DNA of 24,000 nucleotides from Desulfuromonadales bacterium (GTDB taxonomy: Bacteria > Desulfobacterota > Desulfuromonadia > Desulfuromonadales > DDH964), in assembly GCA_038317685.1 (NCBI GenBank), contig JBBQBQ010000005.1:6984-30983 (forward strand). The letters run 5' to 3'. Shown here in pieces: positions 15,885 through 22,090 of the stretch. The translations under genes were made by a program, and so were the position numbers. Each line of letters begins with the position of its first letter. The first letter of the stretch is position 1. A model generated the notes under the pieces. The model did not search any database, was not told the DNA's origin, and was given only the letters and a program-made list of their open reading frames with translations.

Positions 15885-16116
15885 TTCGCAACTCCTTTTG
15901 GCAACGGTAAGTGGTGCTGGATCAGGGACGTTTCTCGGCTTCAATAATAATAACAAACAATCGAGAATTAATTTTATGCCTGGATTTTTGCTTCACTCCG
16001 GTAGAAATCTTATCAAAATCAGAAGGGTTTACCACAGAGGACCCGGAGCCATTCAACCAACGGGGCAGGTTGTTTCCGGAGTCTCCGTGTCTCCAGGGAG
16101 CGAAACGGACGGGGGG

Positions 16117-16764
16117 TCAAAAAGACCCGAGGGCCAGCAGCGCCAGTCGGCCGCCGAGGAGGATCAGCAGGCAGCCAAGGATTGTCTGCAACGCCGGCTG
16201 AAACCGTAGAAACAACGGCTGCAGGCGCCGGTCGGAGATCAGCAGGGCGACGCAGGCGTACCAGGAAAAGGAGATCAGGAACATGGCGAGGTTGAGGAAG
16301 GCCTTTTCCCAGAGCGGCGCCCCGGGGGCCATCACCAGGGTGAAGAGGCTGAAATAGAAGGCCCAGGCCTTGGGGTTGGTGAGGTTGGTGAAGAGGCCGG
16401 TCCGGTAGGCCGACAGTGGGGCGAGGGGCACTCTGGCGGGCCGGCCGGCGTCGGTCGGAACGTTGCCCGCCCGCCGTCGGCGAAGGACCATGCCGCAGCC
16501 GAGCCAGACCAGGTAGCCGCCTCCCAGCAGGGAGAGGACCGTGGAGAAGTGGGGGAGGGCGGTGACCAGCAGCAGCAGCCCGAGCAGGCCGGCGGAGGCA
16601 AACAGGCCGCTGCCGGTCGCCACGCCGAACGCCGTGTAGAGCCCGGCCCGGCGGGAATCGCCGAGGGTCGTGTCGACGACCAGCAGAAAGTTCGGCCCCG
16701 GGCTGACGATCGCGAGGGTAAAGACCGCCAGCACCGCGGTGATGTTGATCCAGATGCCATCCAT
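16117..16764 (-). CDS. LysE/RhtB-family amino-acid exporter
   Basis: MDGIWINITAVLAVFTLAIVSPGPNFLLVV (LysE N-terminal SPGP motif), six hydrophobic segments, about 215 aa. The ATG at 16764 is preferred over the TTG at 16773; no clear Shine-Dalgarno. Confidence 0.8.
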   Translation of the reverse strand: MDGIWINITAVLAVFTLAIVSPGPNFLLVVDTTLGDSRRAGLYTAFGVATGSGLFASAGLLGLLLLVTALPHFSTVLSLLGGGYLVWLGCGMVLRRRRAGNVPTDAGRPARVPLAPLSAYRTGLFTNLTNPKAWAFYFSLFTLVMAPGAPLWEKAFLNLAMFLISFSWYACVALLISDRRLQPLFLRFQPALQTILGCLLILLGGRLALLALGSF

Positions 16765-16887
16765 AACCGGCAATTCAGGCCCTGCCCTCGAAGGGCGGCA
16801 GGGAGTTCCTGCGGCCCATGAATAATCGGGGAAACCCCTCGGGGTCCCGAAGCAGATTCCCTCCGGCCCCGCGCTCCTGCACCGCTG

Positions 16888-17253
16888 TCATCCCCCCGCC
16901 AGCTTGACCTTCCAGCCACGTTTCGCCAACTCCGCCAGCAACAGGTCCCGATGATCCCCCTGGATCTCGATGACCCCGTCCCGCACCGTGCCGCCGCTGC
17001 CGCAGCGTTTCTTGAGCTCCCCCGCGAGAGTCTTGAGACCCGCGGAATCGAGAGGGACGCCCCGGATGATCGACACTCCGGCTCCCTTGCGGCCCTTGGT
17101 CTCCCTCCCGATCCGCACGATGCCGTCGCCCGGCGGCGGCGCCGCCGGCTTGCGGCACAGGCACTGAGCCGCCGGGCGTTCGCAGACCGGGCAGATTCGC
17201 CCCTGGCCGCTGGTGTAGACGAGGCCGCCGCTACGGTTGGCTCCGCCCTTCAT
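16888..17253 (-). CDS. yciH: SUI1/eIF1-family translation initiation inhibitor YciH
   Basis: LVYTSGQGRICPVCERPAAQCLC...GIVRIGRETKGRKGAGVSIIRGVPL...LKKRCGSGGTVRDGVIEIQGDHRDLLLAELAKRGWKVK is a characteristic YciH sequence. ATGA overlap with the upstream GGDEF gene. Confidence 0.9.
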   Translation of the reverse strand: MKGGANRSGGLVYTSGQGRICPVCERPAAQCLCRKPAAPPPGDGIVRIGRETKGRKGAGVSIIRGVPLDSAGLKTLAGELKKRCGSGGTVRDGVIEIQGDHRDLLLAELAKRGWKVKLAGG

Positions 17254-18212
17254 TGCTGCTTATTCCGGGATTCCACGGGTGGCGGGGAGGGTAGGTTGGT
17301 CGCTGTTTCGAGGCGGTTGCGACCGTTGGTCTTGGCGCGGTAGAGAGCGTCGTCGGTTTCCCGGATCAAGTCTTCGATGGTGACGATGGTGGAGTTGGGG
17401 CAGACCGCAGCGCCGATGCTGACGGTCAGCTGCAGTCCTGCGAGGGGGCCGTCGAAGGACTGTTCGCTGGCGGCGTGACGGATGCGCTCGCCGACCTTGA
17501 CGGCTTCGTGAAGGGGGGTCTCGGGGAGGACCAGAGCGAATTCCTCACCGCCGAAGCGGGACGCCAGGTCGTATTGGCGCAGGTGGTGGCGGAGGAGTTG
17601 GGCGAGGGTGACCAGCACTCGATCTCCCTGCTGGTGGCCGAAGCTGTCATTGACCTTCTTGAAGTGATCGATGTCGACCATGAGCAGGGCGAGGGGCGCG
17701 ACGTGGCGTTGGCTGCGGCGGAATTCCCGGTCGAGGGTCGCCATCAGGGTGCGGCGGTTGGCAAGGCCGGTGAGGGGATCGGTGGCGGCCAGTTCGAGGA
17801 GCATCAGGTTGCTTTCGCGCAGGCTGTCCTGGAGGGTCTTGATCTTCAGCTGCACCTTGACCCGGGCCAGCAGTTCCCCGGGATCGAAGGGCTTGGTCAC
17901 ATAGTCGCTGGCCCCCTGGCCGAGGACCCGGACCTTGGCCTCCTGGTCGCCCTGGCCGGTGAGCATGATCACCGGGATGTTCTCCAGTTCCGGGCGGGTG
18001 GCGAGCAGCTGCAGGAACTTGAAGCCGTCCATCCCCGGCATCTCCAGGTCGCAGAGGATGACGTCGGCCGGCCGGTCGAGGAGAGCCCTGAAGCCCTCCA
18101 GGCCGTCCCCCGCTTCACGGTATTCCCGAAACAGGTTGGTCCGCTCCAGTATCTTGAGGATCTGCTGGCGGGCGACTTTGGAGTCGTCAATGATCAAAAT
18201 GGAATGTTTCAT
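17250..18212 (-). CDS. Response regulator with GGDEF output domain (REC-GGDEF diguanylate cyclase)
   Basis: REC domain: ILIIDDS and the phospho-acceptor context VILCDLEMPGMDG. GGDEF domain: DPLTGLANRR, intact GGEEF, and an RxxD I-site (RQYD) five residues upstream of GGEEF. Confidence 0.9.
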   Translation of the reverse strand: MKHSILIIDDSKVARQQILKILERTNLFREYREAGDGLEGFRALLDRPADVILCDLEMPGMDGFKFLQLLATRPELENIPVIMLTGQGDQEAKVRVLGQGASDYVTKPFDPGELLARVKVQLKIKTLQDSLRESNLMLLELAATDPLTGLANRRTLMATLDREFRRSQRHVAPLALLMVDIDHFKKVNDSFGHQQGDRVLVTLAQLLRHHLRQYDLASRFGGEEFALVLPETPLHEAVKVGERIRHAASEQSFDGPLAGLQLTVSIGAAVCPNSTIVTIEDLIRETDDALYRAKTNGRNRLETATNLPSPPPVESRNKQQ

Positions 18213-18353
18213 AAGAAAGCCCCGTGTTTCCCGAATTTTCTGTCAAGGCGGCCTGCTTGTAAAGGGAAAAGGTGAGCCTCGCTGCGGCGACAAACCCGAC
18301 TGGCCGGGATATACTGAACACAACGAGAGGGGTTCAGCTGAAAGGAGGCAGTC

Positions 18354-18545
18354 ATGTCGTTGGGGAAAACCTGGTATACCCCCGAGGGAGCCGAAGCCAA
18401 GTTTGGGGTGAGCAAGGAGCAGGTTCTGCGCTGGGTCGAGGAGGGATTGGTGCGGTCGGAACGGGAAGGGGACAAAGTGGTCCTGGTCAATGGCGACGAC
18501 TTGGGAATCAAGGTCGAGTCGCTGGTCAGTGACGCCCAGGGTTGA
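18354..18545 (+). CDS. Small helix-turn-helix DNA-binding protein (MerR/excisionase-type HTH_17-like)
   Basis: AAAGGAGG at 18340-18347 and ATG at 18354. YTPEGAEAKFGVSKEQVLRWVEEGLVRSEREGDKVVLVNGDDL fits the HTH_17 pattern. Confidence 0.65.
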   Translation: MSLGKTWYTPEGAEAKFGVSKEQVLRWVEEGLVRSEREGDKVVLVNGDDLGIKVESLVSDAQG

Positions 18546-18549
18546 GAGG

Positions 18550-19770
18550 ATGGCAGCCGTCGAAGGGACCTTTGACCTGGCGATCATCGGCGGCGGCATC
18601 GTCGGCTGCGCCACCGCCTTGGCGCTGCTGGAGCAGCGGCCGGGGCTGAGCCTCGTGGTGCTGGAGAAGGAGGGTTCTCTGGCGGCTCACCAGACCGGCC
18701 ATAACAGCGGGGTGATCCATTCCGGCCTCTATTACCAGCCGGGCTCCCTCAAGGCCCGTAATTGCGTGGCGGGGCGGGATGCCCTTTACGGGTTCTGCGC
18801 AAGCCACGACATTCCCGTAGAGCGTTGCGGCAAGGTGGTGGTGGCGACCGATGGCGGGGAGTTGCCCTTTCTCGCCGAACTGGAACGCCGGGGACGCGCC
18901 AACGGCCTGGAGGGGCTGGAGCGCCTGGATGGCCCGGGTCTGCGGCGCTATGAGCCGCAGGTGGCGGGGATTGCCGGCCTCCACGTGCCCCAGACCGGAA
19001 TCGTCGATTATGTGGCCGTCACCGAAGCCATGGCGCGGCAGGTGCGGGCCTTGGGCGGAACGGTGCGCACCGACGCCAGGGTCGAGCGGATCGCCCGGCG
19101 CGACGGCGACTTTCACCTTGCAACCCCCGGTGGGACGACCCTCAGCCGCTGTCTGATCAATTGCGCCGGACTGCAAAGCGACCGGGTGGCGAAGCTCGCC
19201 GGGGTGAGTCCGGGGGTCCGCATTATCCCGTTTCGCGGCGAATATTTCGTGCTGCAGCCGGCGCGACGGCACCTGGTCCGCAATCTGATCTATCCGGTCC
19301 CGGACCCGGCCTTCCCGTTTTTGGGGGTCCACTTTACGCGGATGATCGACGGCGCCGTCGAGGCAGGACCCAACGCTGTCCTGGCCCTCCATCGCGAAGG
19401 GTACGGGCCTTATGCCCTGTCGTTGCGGGATTGCTGGGAGACCTTCAGCTATGGGGGGTTCTGGCATCTGGCGGGACGCTACTGGCGGATGGGGTGGCGA
19501 GAGGTGCGACGCTCGTTCAGCAAGGGGCTGATGGTGCGCGATCTGCAGCGGCTCCTGCCGAGCTTGACAGCCGCCGACATCTCCCGCGGCGGGGCCGGGG
19601 TCCGGGCGCAGGCGGTCGACGGGGACGGCCGGCTGCTCGACGATTTCCGCATCGTCACCGGAGAGGGGATGATTCACGTTCTCAACGCCCCCTCTCCGGC
19701 GGCGACGGCGTCGCTCAGCATCGGCCGCAGCATCGCCGAAGAGGCGGGAGCGCATTTCGGCCTGGGGTGA
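18550..19770 (+). CDS. lhgO: L-2-hydroxyglutarate oxidase (FAD-dependent)
   Basis: FDLAIIGGGIVGCATA dinucleotide-binding motif. LEKEGSLAAHQTGHNSGVIHSGLYYQPGSLKA and IPFRGEYFVLQ are typical of LhgO/YgaF. The start at 18550 removes an Arg/Ser-rich leader from the track ORF. Confidence 0.85.
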   Translation: MAAVEGTFDLAIIGGGIVGCATALALLEQRPGLSLVVLEKEGSLAAHQTGHNSGVIHSGLYYQPGSLKARNCVAGRDALYGFCASHDIPVERCGKVVVATDGGELPFLAELERRGRANGLEGLERLDGPGLRRYEPQVAGIAGLHVPQTGIVDYVAVTEAMARQVRALGGTVRTDARVERIARRDGDFHLATPGGTTLSRCLINCAGLQSDRVAKLAGVSPGVRIIPFRGEYFVLQPARRHLVRNLIYPVPDPAFPFLGVHFTRMIDGAVEAGPNAVLALHREGYGPYALSLRDCWETFSYGGFWHLAGRYWRMGWREVRRSFSKGLMVRDLQRLLPSLTAADISRGGAGVRAQAVDGDGRLLDDFRIVTGEGMIHVLNAPSPAATASLSIGRSIAEEAGAHFGLG

Positions 19771-19791
19771 GGAGCACCCCGGGCGGTGGGT

Positions 19792-20256
19792 TCAGGGGAT
19801 TCCCGCCAGGGCGCCGAAGAGGAAAGGCTGGCTGGCGATGGTGATATCCCCCAGCAGTTCGAGTAGCGGAACCGTCAGGGCCGGCAAAGGGAACGTGCCG
19901 AACTGGATGCCGCGGACACAGCGGCGACCATGGGCCAGGGTCGGATAGGCCTTGCAGATGTCCGGTTTAAGGTCGTGGATCGCGCACCCTGAACTTTGCG
20001 GACCGGTTGGCTGTAGGAAGGGGCAGATTTCGATCCGCGCCTTGGTCTGGGGATCGACCCAGATCCAGCCGAGCCGGTTGACCCGCTGCACCAGATCGTC
20101 CCGCCCCATCTCCCGCCAGCGTTTCAGGTCGGACGCTGATGCATGCAGGTGGCCGCCAAAGAGCTGGCAGCACTGGCCGCAGGCCCGGCATCCTTTGGGA
20201 CGCCTTTCTTGTCGATTTCCCCCGAGATTCAACCAATCCAACAACCGGTCAACCAT
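19792..20256 (-). CDS. YkgJ-family cysteine-cluster protein (CxxCxxCC, putative Zn/Fe-chelating)
   Basis: AGGGAGG upstream of the ATG at 20256. CRACGQCCQLFG, CPFLQP and CAIHDLKPDICKAYP match the PF03692 pattern. Hydrophobic C-terminal tail. Confidence 0.8.
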   Translation of the reverse strand: MVDRLLDWLNLGGNRQERRPKGCRACGQCCQLFGGHLHASASDLKRWREMGRDDLVQRVNRLGWIWVDPQTKARIEICPFLQPTGPQSSGCAIHDLKPDICKAYPTLAHGRRCVRGIQFGTFPLPALTVPLLELLGDITIASQPFLFGALAGIP

Positions 20257-20313
20257 GGCCACCTCCCTTTCGGCGGGTTGCTGACCCGCCGCCTCGGTCC
20301 GGGGCCGGCTCCG

Positions 20314-20360
20314 CACGCAAAACCGCCGCCCGGCTGCTGCCGACACGGCGGTTTTGCGTG
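20314..20360 (-). other. 15-bp perfect inverted repeat (stem-loop) between hgcB and the YkgJ-like gene; terminator or leader structure
   Basis: cacgcaaaaccgccg (20314-20328) is the exact reverse complement of cggcggttttgcgtg (20346-20360). The 17-nt loop contains a further cggc/gccg pairing. No U-tract follows on the minus strand. Confidence 0.5.
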
Positions 20361-20427
20361 GGAACCTGAAATTTTCGACCTCAGCATTTGCTCCTCCCCG
20401 GTCAGGAGCCGTTAATCATGCACTATT

Positions 20428-20457
20428 TTGATAGCGCGTTGCCGGGAGGGTTGTCAA
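20428..20457 (-). promoter_or_regulatory. Candidate sigma70-type promoter for the YkgJ-like gene (TTGACA-18-TATCAA)
   Basis: On the minus strand, TTGACA is the complement of 20452-20457 and TATCAA the complement of 20428-20433. About 165 nt upstream of the start codon. Confidence 0.4.
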
Positions 20458-20500
20458 CCCAAAACCGGGGAATTCTCGGATTAATTGAATGGGGCCAAGG

Positions 20501-20794
20501 TCAACAACTCGATCCGCCGCAGTCGCAGCTCGGTTCCTCCCCGGTGAGCCAGCCGTGGATGATGGCGCTGGCGCAGCCGACCCCGGCCTTGACCGTAAGC
20601 GCCGTGACCGGGCAGTTGCGGGCGCAGGCGCCGCATTCCATGCAGCGGTCCCGGACGACGATGGCCGCCTTCTTCGCGGCCAGGGCGAAGACCCCGTGGG
20701 GGCAGACTTCGAGGCAACGGCCGCAGCCGATACAGGCCGGTTGATCCAGTTCCAGGGTCGTCACCCCGGAGAGATAGAGCAATCCCGTCGTCAT
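20501..20794 (-). CDS. hgcB: HgcB, 2x[4Fe-4S] ferredoxin of the mercury methylation pair
   Basis: CIGCGRCLEVCP and CMECGACARNCP (the C(M/I)ECGA signature), conserved GVGCA cysteine, and Cys-rich tail SCDCGGSSC. The ATG at 20794 is preferred because GGAGGA lies 7 nt upstream inside the hgcA 3' end; the track start at 20812 would overlap hgcA by 14 nt. Confidence 0.9.
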   Translation of the reverse strand: MTTGLLYLSGVTTLELDQPACIGCGRCLEVCPHGVFALAAKKAAIVVRDRCMECGACARNCPVTALTVKAGVGCASAIIHGWLTGEEPSCDCGGSSC

Positions 20795-20798
20795 TGTT

Positions 20799-21971
20799 TC
20801 ATCCTCCGACAAAGCCTCCGAACACCCAGGCCACCGCGGCGATCAGCAAGGCTCCTCCCTGGAAGGGGATGGCCCGGCGCATCTCTTTCTCCACCCCCGA
20901 CGGGGAGGTGTAGGTGGTCGATCCGGTAAAGTTCATGGCGCACCAGGAAGCGACCGCCGGCAGGGCCAGCAGGAGGGCGGCGCCGTTCCAGAAACCGAGC
21001 GTCCCCCGGGCCAGCAGGAGGCCGACGACGGCCAGCATGGCCCCGAGTTCCGCCCCCTTGACGGCAAAGGCGCGCCCCGGTAGCCAGGGGAGGAGGATCG
21101 GTGTCAGGACCGCTCCGGCCACTACCCCGGTCAGGCCGACGGCAATCGCCAGTCCTCCCCGCAGGAGGGCCGCCGCCGGGTGAAAGAATTGGGGGCCAAG
21201 GGCGCCGATGGCGAGGAGGCCGAGGCAGCTCCAGCCGATCTGTCGGGCCATGCCGGTCAACTCCACCGGGGTCAGGACCAGTCTCTCCCCCAGGGTGAAG
21301 GTCACCCGCCGCATCGCCGGTGTCGCCTTCATGCCGGCGGCCAGAAAGACCGCCACATCGGCGGCCCGCACCGGGCCGTAGATCACCCGGAAGCCAGTCT
21401 GACGTTCCACCAGGTGAGCGGCGACCCCGGGGGCGCCGAGTTGGGGGAGGACCAGGACCCGGTGGCTGACGACCCGCTCCAGAGCGGTCCCCCGGACCTG
21501 ACGGACCACCTCTGTGGTGCCGAAGGTCCCCTTGCCGGCGGCGCACCAGACGTTGATCCCCTCCGTCTCCAGGACCAGGATCCATAGATGCAGTCCGGCC
21601 AGTCGGCAGCGGAGGGCATCGAAGGAGAGCTTGTAGTTGGCGGTGACGAGGACCGGCGAGCCGTCATGAGGGGTGCCGACGGCGTAGAGGCCGGGGGGGA
21701 TGCGGTAGCGCCTTCGCCCCAACCCCCAGCGCATCTGCCAGCGGCCGAAGCTATCCCGCACGGCCAGGCGGGTGGCGACCTGGGGGACCGTCCCGGCCGG
21801 GGTCTCCAGCCAGTCGCTGACGAAGGGCCAGACCCGCAGACCGGGACGTTCACCGGTCAGCGCAGCGGGAAGGCAGGCGGGGCGGGGGGGACAGCAGGCA
21901 CCGGCCGGCTCCGACCCGGAGAGGCCGGTCTCCGCGGGAAGTCGGTCAGTCTCCGTCAGCACTTCAGGCAC
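20799..21971 (-). CDS. hgcA: HgcA, corrinoid protein of the mercury methylation pair (N-terminal corrinoid-binding domain plus C-terminal TM domain)
   Basis: Cap-helix signature NVWCAAGK is encoded at 21531-21554 (checked codon by codon). Flanking CFeSP-like sequence VLVTANYKLSFDALR...GTFGT, then several hydrophobic helices. The annotated start is a GTG with a poor Shine-Dalgarno, so the 5' boundary is uncertain (see findings). Confidence 0.9.
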   Translation of the reverse strand: MPEVLTETDRLPAETGLSGSEPAGACCPPRPACLPAALTGERPGLRVWPFVSDWLETPAGTVPQVATRLAVRDSFGRWQMRWGLGRRRYRIPPGLYAVGTPHDGSPVLVTANYKLSFDALRCRLAGLHLWILVLETEGINVWCAAGKGTFGTTEVVRQVRGTALERVVSHRVLVLPQLGAPGVAAHLVERQTGFRVIYGPVRAADVAVFLAAGMKATPAMRRVTFTLGERLVLTPVELTGMARQIGWSCLGLLAIGALGPQFFHPAAALLRGGLAIAVGLTGVVAGAVLTPILLPWLPGRAFAVKGAELGAMLAVVGLLLARGTLGFWNGAALLLALPAVASWCAMNFTGSTTYTSPSGVEKEMRRAIPFQGGALLIAAVAWVFGGFVGG

Positions 21972-21995
21972 CGCACCCGGCGGCGCTTTCGGTGG

Positions 21996-22073
21996 TCAAC
22001 ACCCCGTATCGGCCGCTGGTTCCGGTACACCGGATGGGGGGGCGGGCGAGAATTCCGGTTCGATGTCGTTCAT
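21996..22073 (-). other. 25-codon ORF in the hgcA frame (MNDIEPEFSPAPPSGVPEPAADTGC-TGA); leader peptide or Sec read-through extension
   Basis: ATG is the complement of 22071-22073, with GGAG (22083-22086) 9 nt upstream. TGA at 21996-21998 lies 8 codons before the GTG at 21971, in the same frame (102 nt apart). Confidence 0.3.
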
Positions 22074-22090
22074 CGGGTCAGTCTCCGTGT

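Noticed and set aside
16332-16919. 195-aa ORF overlapping the LysE gene in another minus-strand frame
   Set aside because: It is a Pro/Arg/Ser-rich translation with no start context, while the LysE frame gives a coherent six-TM protein.
21954-22089. 13-nt exact repeat ggtcagtctccgt at 21954-21966 and 22077-22089 (ACGGAGACTGACC on the minus strand)
   Set aside because: A rough estimate gives several exact 13-mer pairs expected by chance in 24 kb of biased sequence. One copy is within hgcA codons (LTETDR) and the other supplies the GGAG of the small ORF. There is no evidence of function.
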